A stretch of 18,839 bases of DNA from Prasinococcaceae sp. CCMP 1430. Lineage: Eukaryota > Plantae > Prasinodermophyta. Positions 8,691 to 17,917 of this stretch are shown here, piece by piece (position 1 is the stretch's first letter; each line of letters begins with the position of its first letter). The DNA is taken from NCBI GenBank assembly GCA_013416795.1, contig RQSC01000028.1, forward strand, positions 27,571 to 46,409, given 5' to 3'. Under the pieces are notes generated by a model, which searched no databases, was not told the DNA's origin, and saw only the letters and a list, made by a program, of their open reading frames with translations. The position numbers and the translations under genes are program-made.

Positions 8691-11380
8691 TCATGGGCCC
8701 CAGCCGAGGGCGGCCATGGCGCCGGCGACGCGCTGCATGGGGCGCAGCAGGTGGCCATAGCCTAGCGGCCACGACGACTCCGTAAAGACGGAGGCGACGA
8801 CGCCGTCGACGACGATGGTGCCCTCGCGCGTGTGGAAGTTGTACGCGTCGCGCTCGACGGTGGCCGACACGCCGACGACGCGCGCGGCCACTGCTGCGGC
8901 GCCGGCGCCGTCCGCGGCCTCGAAGACGCAGTCGCCGGCCGCGACGTCGCGCGCGGCAACGAGCTCGTGCGCGGCGAAGGCGCCGGCGGCGCCCGCGCAG
9001 CCGCGGTCGACGGGTACGAAGTGCGCCGGCGACAGGCGCAGCGTGGCACCCGAGCTGAGCGACAGCACGGCGAAGCGCGACGGCCTGTCCGTGATGCGGT
9101 GGGTAAAGCCGTAGTTGTCGCCGAGGCGCACGTCCACGATGGGGCTGTACGCGAGCGTGCCGTCCGCCGTCGCGCTGAGCACGCGGTCGCCGACCTTGAG
9201 CTCCCTGAGCGCCACGGGCGACGGCACGCCCTCGACGCGGGCGACGGCGTCGCCAGGGAAGCAACTGATGTCCTGAAAAAAAAAGCATTCACCTGGGTAG
9301 TCATTATCTAACTCGCACCCCCTTCCCATCAATACTTTGTTGCCGTTGCTGTCGAGTACCCAATGCCCAAATCCTTCTATGTCCCAGCCAGAAGAGCCAA
9401 ATGGGAGCCAACGGGTAGGTATTATGGCGAAATCCGAATTCGGGTCCCCCATTTCCCACCACTCCTCTGCCATGGCCCCAAGGTCGTAATAGTACTCGCA
9501 CTCTTGCGGAGTGCGCAAGTGGCAAGGGGTGTGCCAAAGCTCCGCGCTCATGCCGTCCCAAATCCCCTGGTTGAACGTCATCTTGCACATGATCTTATCC
9601 TCAGTCTCTCCTTGTAACCTACCCAAACCCCTATAGCACATTGTGTTTTGGTCGAACTTGCTGGAGCCCCCGCCGAAGCACATGCACGCGTCATTCGTCC
9701 GCTCTTCGCAGTCCTGGTCGAACACCTCGCGGGTGCACACCGACGCATCAGTCTGAAATACTGTCGTTTGTGGTGGATTGTTGTCGTAATCATTTAACAC
9801 GTCGTAGTGCCCATTTGAAACATTGAACTCCCATGTTGTCCCGTCGTTGCTCAGGCTCAGTGGAGCCCGGTACTGCGACAGAAGGTGCCGCCGCCTGTCC
9901 ACCTCTTCCGGGGTCTGCACGAGGTAGATGCCGCACTCGCCGGGGCGAGTTTCGTCGTTGGGGCAGTTCAGCAGGTAGTTCTTTCCTTCGTTCCCGCCCA
10001 CAGTGTTGGCTTGGCCGGTGCCCTCGAGGCTTTCGCACCGCATCGAGGAGATGGAGAGCGTGTTCTGCACACCGCCCTTGGTGGTGAACGGAATGTCGAG
10101 GACGCTGCCAAGCGTCTTGACAGTCTGGCACGTCGTCTTGATATACGCCTCTTGGAGGACAGCGACCAGCACCTCCGAGGGCCCCTGCTCTGACAGGATG
10201 CGGCGCGTGGTGTGGTGCAGCTTGGTGCGGTCCACGCGCGCCAGAGGGTGCTCGTCGAGCAGTCTGCGGTGCCCCCCGACGTCGTTGACGCGCTCGAGCG
10301 GCGCGTCGAGGAGGACCGCGCCATCCCGTGCGGGATCGAGGCTGAGGCTGCCCGACTTCTGCGCCTCGGTGCTGCCCTTGACGGTCGTCACGCCATCGGC
10401 CGAGACTGTCGTCTCCTTTGAGAGCTCGACGACGGCGAAGACGAGCCCCGTGATCGCCGCGAGCATGACGCCCATGAGCAGGAGGAGCGCAACCGAGAGC
10501 CTGGTGAGCTTCTTGACCGTCTTCTTGGACTCGATGTACAGCTCGGCGCCACGCGCGAGCTCCATCGGCGCCACGGTGCCGTCGCCGTCCACGTCAAACA
10601 CCTTGAGCGTGGGCTGGATCGCCTTGGGGAGCGTGGCGATGGAGATCTCGCCGTTCTTGTTGGCCTCCTTCAAGGCGGCGTACATCTCCACCATCTCGGC
10701 GATCTCGTCTATCTCCAGCACGCCGTCGCCCTCGTCATCCAGCGCGCGCACGGTGGCGCGCAGACGCTCGGGGAACATGTCGACCGTGAGGTTGCCCCTG
10801 CGCGCCTCCTCGATCGTGCGCGCCGCGTGCTCCAGCTCGCCGAGGTCGATCATGCCGTCGCCGTTACGGTCGAAGGCGCTCAGATACTTCCTGGCCTCGT
10901 GCGGAAACTTGGAGACGGGCACGCCGACGAAGTCCTCCGTGGAGTCCTTGAACATCGGCGTGCCCTTGCGCCCATCGCTGCCTGCGGTGCGCGGCTCTGG
11001 CGACACGCGGCCTGTGGTGGCGCGGCGCGCGCCGCGCCGCGGTCAGCGCCCTCACCGGCGGCGCGCGTGGGAACCCCAACCGAACCCAACCGAACCGAAC
11101 CAAACCTAACCGACGCCGCGCCTCGGCGGCCTCCACACGCTGGAAGAGAGGGGGGGCGCGCGGCGGCGCGCGCCCCCGCGAGCGAGCGGGCGTCGCGCCC
11201 GCCCTGTGGCGCGCGCGACCGCCGCAGGCGGGGGAACCGCAGCCGAGCTACGAGCGCGCCGTAGCCGCGCGCGCGCAGCGCGATACCGGGTCAAACCGCA
11301 CCAACGGGAGATGAGACCGGGGATGACCTCCTCTGACCGGGGAACGAAGGCGGGGTCGCCCGGGTGCGCGCGACGGACAT
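8691..11380 (-). CDS. EF-hand / single-TM / Cys-rich / Hedgehog-type Hint (Hog) domain protein; complement(join(8691..11011,11302..11380)), ~799 aa
   Basis: Three EF-loop repeats: DRNGDGMIDLGE, DDEGDGVLEIDE, DVDGDGTVAPME. Hydrophobic helix LSVALLLLMGVMLAAITGLVFAVV (~10499-10428). C-terminal CFPGDA...LKVGDRVL...LRLSPAHFV...ARDVAAGDCV...YNFHTREGTIVVDGVVAS matches the Hog-Hint pattern. Exon 1 (ACCATG, MSVARTRATPPSFPGQRRSSPVSSPV-G) joins in frame across a phase-1 intron. Confidence 0.85.
8694..9263 (-). other. Hog module: Hint autoprocessing domain plus short SRR-like tail
   Basis: Cys1 at 9263-9261 (S/CFPG). Block-B SPAH. GTIVVDGVVAS terminal motif. The GHLLRPMQR tail resembles the first helix of the sterol-recognition region. 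Confidence 0.88.
11012..11301 (-). other. Spliceosomal intron (290 nt) of the Hog gene
   Basis: G|GTGCGG donor, GCTGAC branch near 11042-11047, CACAG| acceptor. Phase is consistent with both exons. Confidence 0.7.
11071..11112. repeat. Degenerate pentamer repeat (CCGAA/CCCAA/CCTAA) inside the intron
   Basis: gaaccccaaccgaacccaaccgaaccgaaccaaacctaaccg. Confidence 0.7.
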
Positions 11381-11426
11381 GGTCTGCACACACCGAACGC
11401 ACTGTAGTCACTAGTAAAACAGTACA

Positions 11427-11527
11427 TTTCGCGCCCCGCGAAACCGCCCGCCGCAGATCTCCGCGGTCGCGAAAACCTTCGGCGCGCGCGCGATTCGATC
11501 CGGCGTTGCGCGGCCCCGCCGCGAAAA
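11427..11527. promoter_or_regulatory. Cluster of E2F-like TTTCGCG/CGCGAAA motifs, including a perfect inverted repeat
   Basis: TTTCGCG-CCC-CGCGAAA at 11427-11443; CGCGAAAA at 11468 and 11520; 50-150 nt upstream of the ATG at 11380. Confidence 0.35.
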
Positions 11528-11594
11528 CGAGATCGAAAACGAAACGAAGGGAAGCGGAAGGAAATTTTTCAACGCGTGTTGCACTGTACGTACC

Positions 11595-11621
11595 AAACCC
11601 TAACCCAACGCTAACCCCTAA
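11595..11621. repeat. Telo-box / degenerate CCCTAA motifs
   Basis: aaaccctaacccaacgctaacccctaa. Confidence 0.5.
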
Positions 11622-11704
11622 TCCCGGACCAACGACGCGCGAGGCGCCGCGTCGCGCCGCGGCGCGCGATGCTGAGGACTCGCTCGTGCTCGCGACGCGG
11701 GACG

Positions 11705-11709
11705 TTACA
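11705..11709 (-). promoter_or_regulatory. TGTAA poly(A) signal of the pullulanase gene
   Basis: TTACA on + strand, about 100 nt past the stop at 11808. Confidence 0.5.
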
Positions 11710-11807
11710 GGCGGTGCGGTGCGGCGCGCCGCTCGGGCGGTGCGCGCGAGGGGCAGCGGCGCGGCCGAGGCCGGATGCGGGACGCGGGGCCTGGACGCCA
11801 CGCCGCT

Positions 11808-14494
11808 TCACGAGTAGCCGCGCGGCAGGACGAAGACGGCGGCGGTCGCGGGATCGACCGTGGGCCCTTGCTCGGTCATCCACGTCGAGGCGGCGGTGCT
11901 CGGGTCGACCGACGCTGCCTGGATCTCGTGGAGGGCAACGGGCAGACCCGCGGTGGCGTTGAAGAGCCAGTCGGAGCCGTCGTGGTAGCTCGCGCGCTTC
12001 GTGGTGCCATTGAATATCACGACGATGGCGCCGAGGGCCGCGTCGAGCTGCGCGAGCTTCGGGTCGGCGCCATCGGCGCCGCCGTCGCGCAGCACCATGA
12101 CCACCATGCCAGGGGGGGCGTCGGGCGCGAAGAGCACGCGCTCCTGAATATCGGCAGCGCTGCGCAGCCGAAAGAGGGGGCTCGAGTTGCGCACTCGCAG
12201 CATCTCCCGAAAGGCCTCGGCCGTGCGGGCGATGAGCTCGTGCGAGGGCGAGATCTCGTCCGCGGCGACGAGCAGAGGACGCATGAGGTCATACTTCTCG
12301 CCGTTCTTCGGAGCGGGAGGGAGGCCGACGCCGTAGTTGTTGTCGCGCATCTCCCAGTCGAGGCGATTGAAGTGGTCGCCGCTGCGGTACGAGTCGCGGT
12401 CGAGGCTCTTGGAGCGCAGGATGTCATCACCTGCGTGGAAGAAGGGCACGCCCTGCGCGTACGCGACCGTCGACGACGCAAAGAGCGAGTGCCTCGCGAG
12501 CTCCTCCGCACCGCACCCGGCGCCGCGGAGCTTCCACACGCACATGTCAAAGAGCGTCTCGTTGTCGTGGGCACTGACGTAGTTGACCGTCTCCCGCGGC
12601 TCGCCCGCATACCCGCCCCAGCCGGCGGCGTCCCGCCCGAGCACGCGCCGCGCGGGACCCAGCGCACCGCCCTCGATCCACGTCGGTGCGTCGAACTCGA
12701 ACTCGGCCAGGTTGCCAGCGAGGGCGCACTGCAGCCGCTCGGCGCTATCGCGCATGATGCGCAGGCGCTCGGCGTCGTCCATCTCGAATCCATTAGGCGC
12801 GTCGAGCACCGCGGTCGCGAAACCCTGCACGCGAGGGTCGCCGAACGGCGAACCGCCGACCACGGCCTCGCGCAAGCGGTCGTTGAAAGAGCCAACGCCA
12901 GTGCCGGCGAGGTTGCTCTGGCTCGCGTTCACACCAAGCCTCCCGTTGGCCACCTCGCCAAAATCCCACCCCTCGCCGTACAGGTACACGGCCGAGCCGT
13001 CAATGCCGTCGCGCTCGAGCGTGAGCGCGTCCAGCGCCGCGCGCGTACGCTGAATGGTCGACAGCATCATGTGGCCCATCAGGTCGAAGCGGAAGCCCGC
13101 CACGCGGTACTGGCGAACCCAGTGCACCACCGAGTCGACGACAAGCCTTTCGAACATGTAGTGCTCCGAGGCGGTGTTGTTCATGCACGTGCTCGCCTCG
13201 ATGTGGCCGTCCATGTTGCGGCGTTGGTAGTAGCCGGGCACGACCTTGTCGAGGACCGATTTGGGGCAGTGCGGCCCGCTCGAGCACGTGTGGTTGTAGA
13301 CGACATCGAGCACGGTGCCAAGGCCGTCGTCGGCGAGCGCTTCGACCAGCTCGCGCAACTCGCGCACGCGCGCGGGGCCATCGGGATCGCTCGCATAGCT
13401 GCCCTCGGGCGCGGAGTAGTGGTGAGGGTCGTATCCCCAGTTGTAGGGCGCCCTGTCGGCGGCCTCGACCACGGCCTGCTGCTGCGCGTCCGAGTCGGGG
13501 GACAGCTCGCGCAGGGAGCCGACGCCGGGCGGCGGCCGCGCCGTCGCCCACTCGTGCTTGCGCTCGTTCACGCTGCCGTAGTCGGGGACGGGCAGAAGAT
13601 GGATGTGCGTCATGCCGGCGCGTGCGAGCTCGCGGAGGTGCGCGCGCCCCCTCGAGTGCTCGCACGCGAAGGCCCGGTACCCGCCGCGCAGCTCAGGCTC
13701 CACGGTCATGTCGCTCGCGCTGAAGTCGCGCACGTGCAGCTCGTAGATGGCGAAGTCGGTAGGCTCGCGGGGCGTCACCTGCCCGCGCGCCGCCCAGCGC
13801 GCGTTGAACGCTTGCGCACCGCCCTCGCCAGGGAAGCACGCGGCATCGGCGCCGATATCGACGAGGTGCGTGCGCGCGCCGTCGGCGCTCAGACCGTGCG
13901 AGTACGGGTCGGACGCCACGCTCACCTCGACGTAGTCGGTCCACGGGCAGTACACGGTCACCTCGTAGACGTAGTAGCCGCGCCCGATGAGATCGGCCGG
14001 CACGGCACCCTGCGGGGTTGTCCACTCGCCGCGAGGTCCGCGCGCCATCTCGATCTCGAGCGCCGGGCCGGCGTGCGGGTCAGGCGTGTCGAACACGATC
14101 GCGCGCACGCGCTGCGCGGTGGGCGCCCACACGGCGAGCGACGCCTCGCCGTGGCTGACGGTACACCCGAGCGGCCCGTCGTACGCGCACGCGTCATCGA
14201 GCGCGCCCGCTTGCTGCACGGCGAAAGCACGCGCCTGATCGTCCTCGCCGCCCTCGCCGCCTACGGCCACGCCCAGCTGGCACGCGAACAGCTCGGCGAG
14301 CTCCTCGTCCGACGGCGGCGGCTCGAGCGTGAAGGCCGCGTAGTCGGCATACGCGGGGAACTTCCGCGCCGCCTCGGGGTCGGCCTGGGCGAGCGTCGCG
14401 CGCCCGTCCGCGCGCCGCAGCTGGATGCGCCACGCGCCGCACGCGCCGGCGCCGAGGTCATTGCCGGCGTCGTCCCACGCCAGGCGCGCCTCGC
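11808..14494 (-). CDS. PU1: Pullulanase / limit dextrinase (GH13 alpha-1,6-glucosidase, starch debranching); 5' end in the gap
   Basis: VWAPTA, DPYS, IYELHVRDFS, YNWGYDP, DVVYNH, GFRFDLMGH (nucleophile Asp), LYGEGWD (acid/base Glu), YVSAHDNETLFD and RSKSLDRDSY...DHFNRLD motifs. Confidence 0.95.
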
Positions 14495-14574
14495 NNNNNN
14501 NNNNNNNNNNNNNNNNNNNNNNNNNNNNNNNNNNNNNNNNNNNNNNNNNNNNNNNNNNNNNNNNNNNNNNNNNN
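14495..14574. other. Assembly gap flanked by poly-C (14575-14594)
   Basis: N run. Confidence 0.95.
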
Positions 14575-14663
14575 CCCCCCCCCCCCCCCCCCCCACTGCT
14601 CCGCCCCTGCACCACCCCGCCGCCCCGCGCGAATCTCCCGGGAGCCGCTTTCCCGCCAACGCG

Positions 14664-14811
14664 AGGGTTTGCGGTTAGGGTTCGGTGTTTTGGGTAATTG
14701 CCTCTGAAAAGGGTTCATAAAACATTCGGAGGGCGCCCGTCGGCGCGCCGCGCGGCGTCCGCTTCGGTGCATGGTTAAGGTTTGATGTTTAGGGTTAATA
14801 TGTAAGGGTTC
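14664..14811. repeat. Degenerate telomere-like (T)TTAGGG/AGGGTT motifs in an AT-richer intergenic patch
   Basis: agggttt, ttagggtt (14675), aagggttc, taaggttt, tttagggtt (14788), taagggtt. Confidence 0.5.
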
Positions 14812-15173
14812 GAGAATTTTGAAGCGCCCTTTGATATCCATAAACGTCTCGGGGCAACAGGCCAAGGGGCACAAGCTCGTCACGCTCAACGAGGGCGACG
14901 CCGTGCACAACATCACCTTGGCGACCGGCGAGGAAGCCAGGGCGGGCAGCGATAGGTGACTACAGTAGCCTTTTTGATGTCGATGCGGTGCCGCGCGGCT
15001 GCGGGAGCGCTCCGCCTGACGAGGCCGCCGGCGGCCTGCCGAGCGGCCGAGCCACCCCTGGCTGCCGTCGCCGTCGCTGCGTGCGGGCCGCTGGGCATGG
15101 CGTCGGGGGGCGAGGGGGGCGGCCGCGCGCACGTGCGCAAGGCGGATGGCTGGCTTGGCGCGGGTGTTGTATG

Positions 15174-15178
15174 TTACA
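15174..15178 (-). promoter_or_regulatory. TGTAA poly(A) signal of the FAM192A-like gene
   Basis: TTACA on + strand, just past the TAG at 15194. Confidence 0.55.
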
Positions 15179-15193
15179 GAGGCCGGGGCCGCT

Positions 15194-16081
15194 CTAGTCC
15201 GAGTCGGAGTCCGACGCCGAGCCGTACGCCGCGAGGCCGGCCAGGCCGGCACCCACGGCCCCGGCGCCAGCGACTGGGACGCTCGCGGCGCCCTCCGCGC
15301 CCTCCGCGCCCTCCGCGCCGCTCCCCGCACGCGCGCGCTTGGGCGCGGGCATGTCGGTGGCGGCCGCGGTGGCACCCCTCGGCCTCACCGCCACCCTCAG
15401 CCTGCTGCCACCACCTGCAGGCGCGGACGGCGCCGCTGCTCCTGTCGGCGAGGGCCCCAGCGCAAACGGCGAGGGCGTCTTGGCGACTCTGCTGGCGCCG
15501 CCGGCCGCACTTGTCGCGCCGCCCTTGCCGCCGTCGGCGACGGGGGTGTCCGCATCGGCGGCGTTTCGCTCTGCGACGGCGAGCTGGAACCGCAGCAGCT
15601 CGGTGCGCTCGCGGCGTGCGGCATCGCGCTCGCGCTGCGCAGCGGCCGCGGCGACCTCGTCGAGGTACTGGGCTTCCTCCTCCTCGAGCGGCCGGATCGT
15701 GCCCTGCATCATCAGCGCGCGCCTGGCGCAGCCCGCGCCATGGCGTGATTATTGGGCGTCGCGGGGGAGCATGCACGCGCGCGCGTGCGAGAAGGAACGT
15801 GTGTGCGCGCGCGGGCGTGTGTAGGCGGGATGGTCGGAGCCGGTCAGCGCGACGCGAAGGCGTACTGGCTCGCGCAGATCCGCGAGGATTCACCAGCAGC
15901 TGGTGGCCTCCACGCACCTCTCCTCCTCCTCCTGCGCCTTCAGCTCCTCGTTTGCTGCGAGCGCGTCGGCGAGGGAGCGATGCGGGGCCGCGGCTGTGCC
16001 ATCGGCGAGGCAGCCCTCGCCGCCGCGCGCAGCCCTGCCCGACTCGATGGCCGCCTCAGAAACGAATGACAGGCCGGGCAT
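15194..16081 (-). CDS. FAM192A/PSME3IP1 (NIP30, Fyv6)-like nuclear protein; complement(join(15194..15722,15918..16081)), 230 aa
   Basis: The spliced product MPGLSFVSE...RSLADALAANEELKAQEEEER-RALMMQGTIRPLEEEEAQYLD matches the family pattern FVSE / RSL..L...K..EE / R.L.E.E..FL. It also has a PKRAR NLS-like motif and the typical acidic end GLAAYGSASDSDSD. Confidence 0.82.
15723..15917 (-). other. Spliceosomal intron (195 nt)
   Basis: AG|GTGCGT donor and GCCAG|G acceptor, phase 2. Joins two halves of a conserved domain. Confidence 0.78.
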
Positions 16082-16253
16082 GGCCTCGGCGATGGCCGCC
16101 GTCTGCTTGGCCGCTTCGCCTGCGTGGGGTGCGAACGGTGCGCGTGTGCGAGTGCAAGTGCACGCGTCGCCACAAGAGCGCGCGCACGCGGAACAGACGC
16201 GCGCGTCAGCACCGCACGCGCGTTGCTGCGAGCTGCGCGGACAATCGCCCGCC

Positions 16254-16286
<33 letters not shown>
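16254..16286. repeat. (CT)n microsatellite between divergent genes
   Basis: Directly visible; followed by (CG)n. Confidence 0.85.
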
Positions 16287-16501
16287 GCGCGCGCGTGCTT
16301 GTTGCGCGGGCGCGCGCCCGTTCGCACCTGGGAAGACGGACGCTACCGAGCGGCGCTGCGTGGGGGCCTGCGCCGCCGGCTGGCCTCCCCCGCCGCTTCC
16401 GTCCGGCACTCGCACCATCTCCATGGCGGCGCACGCGCCGCGCCGCGAGCTCGCCGCTCCTTTCCGACGCGCTCGAGCGCCGCGCCCGCCAGCCCCTTGA
16501 C

Positions 16502-16623
16502 NNNNNNNNNNNNNNNNNNNNNNNNNNNNNNNNNNNNNNNNNNNNNNNNNNNNNNNNNNNNNNNNNNNNNNNNNNNNNNNNNNNNNNNNNNNNNNNNNNN
16601 NNNNNNNNNNNNNNNNNNNNNNN
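16502..16623. other. Assembly gap
   Basis: N run. Confidence 0.95.
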
Positions 16624-16625
16624 CC

Positions 16626-17374
16626 GCGCGGCGCTCGCTCGCGCGCGCTGAGCTCGAGTCGGCGGGCGAGCTCGCGCGCGCCGGCAAGATCAGGGCGGTG
16701 CGGTCGGCGGAGGCGGCCGAGCTGGCGGCCAAGAGCGGCTACGTGCATCTGGACATCCGCCCGGACTACGAGCGCGAGCGCGGCTACGTGGCCGGCTCGG
16801 TCCACGTGCCGCTCTTCGTCGAGGACCTCAGCGAGGACCCGATCAGCCTCATGAAAAAGGCGGTGACCTTCGGCTACGGAGGCTGGTGGATGGGCAACCG
16901 CCTCACGCGGCGCAACCCGGCCTTCCTCGAGGCCGTGGAGACAGAGGTGCTCCCGCGCATTGCAGACGAGGATGGCGGTGACGCGCCGGGCGTCATCGTG
17001 GCGTGCGGGGAGGGACTGCGCTCGCTGCTGGCCGCGGAGGTGCTGTACAACGATGGGCGATTCGGGGAGGTGCGTCACCCGGAGCGCTCACCCCAGCGCC
17101 ACTCGCACGCGCGACGAGCGCGCGAGCTGCCGAGATGGCCGCGCGTTCTCGGCCCGCGCACGCGCAGGCAAATCGGCGCGCGCAAGCTCACTGACTCATG
17201 CGGATGCGCGCGCGCGCGCGCACGCTGGCGGCACGCGGGCAGGTGTGCTGGATCCCGCAAGGATACCAGTCGGACGTGAGCGACGCCCTGGAGTCGGCGA
17301 CGGACACGCCAATGCAGGATGCAGGCAGCGGTGCCGTCAGCGGCTTCGTCACGAAGCTTCTCAAGCAGAAGTAA
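16626..17374 (+). CDS. Single-domain rhodanese-like protein, plant STR10-like; 5'-partial; join(<16626..17069,17243..17374)
   Basis: GKIRAV...LDIRP...GSVHVPLFVED...PISLMKK...GYGGWWMG...VIVACGEGLRSL closely follows Arabidopsis STR10 (active-site loop CGEGLRS). Exon 2 supplies VCWIPQGY...GAVS, equivalent to the LGWLTGGF motif region. Confidence 0.85.
17070..17242 (+). other. Spliceosomal intron (173 nt)
   Basis: GAG|GTGCGT donor, CTGAC at 17191, (GC)n, GCAG|GTG acceptor; phase 0. Confidence 0.8.
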
Positions 17375-17917
17375 AAGCTCGCCGTAACTCTCTCTCTCTC
17401 TCTTGCTCTTCACGGGCGACGTGTGTGTGTACAGACATGCGCGCGCACGCGCCCGCTAGTGGCTCTGCTAGAGTGAGAGCGCGCGCGCGCGAGAGAGAGA
17501 GAGGCAGAAATAGGCCGAGCGCGTGCGCAGCGGACTCGGAACCCTCCGCCTACAATGATCGTGTCGATATCACCGATGTTATGGATGTTTAGTTTAGTTT
17601 GTGCGATGCACGTCATTCTACGTGCGGGGTCTCATGCACGCGCAAGCGCGCGTGCCCCCGCTGGCGTCGAGGGCGTCGGTGCCGCGCGGCCGACGGCCGC
17701 GTCCCCTCGCATCCTTGCTGCCGGATGTGCTGCTGTGCCGCTGCTGCGCGGTGCGCAAGCGCATAATATGTGCCACCGCTGCGTCTGCGTGCGCGAATTG
17801 CCCGCGGGACGCCGTCGTGGCCTCTCTCTCGGTGGTGCTCTTCGTAGTCATTATCTATTCGCTGACCTTTCCGTCGCTTCGCTCTTGTCTCCCCCCCATA
17901 CGCGCCGCGGGCACTGC

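Noticed and set aside
8694-9263. Intein / mobile protein-splicing element
   Set aside because: No His-Asn/Cys C-terminal splice junction, no C-extein and no endonuclease; motifs are Hog-type.
11775-14678. 967-aa + strand ORF
   Set aside because: Antisense shadow of the GC3-rich pullulanase; no motifs of its own.
14956-16500. 514-aa and other Arg/Ala-rich overlapping ORFs
   Set aside because: High-GC spurious frames; the region is explained by the spliced FAM192A-like gene on the minus strand.
17371-17433. Extra intron (GTAAAA...TACAG) extending the rhodanese C-terminus
   Set aside because: The domain already ends with TAA at 17372-17374; no clear branch point, and the extension would be a (GC)n-derived HARARAR.
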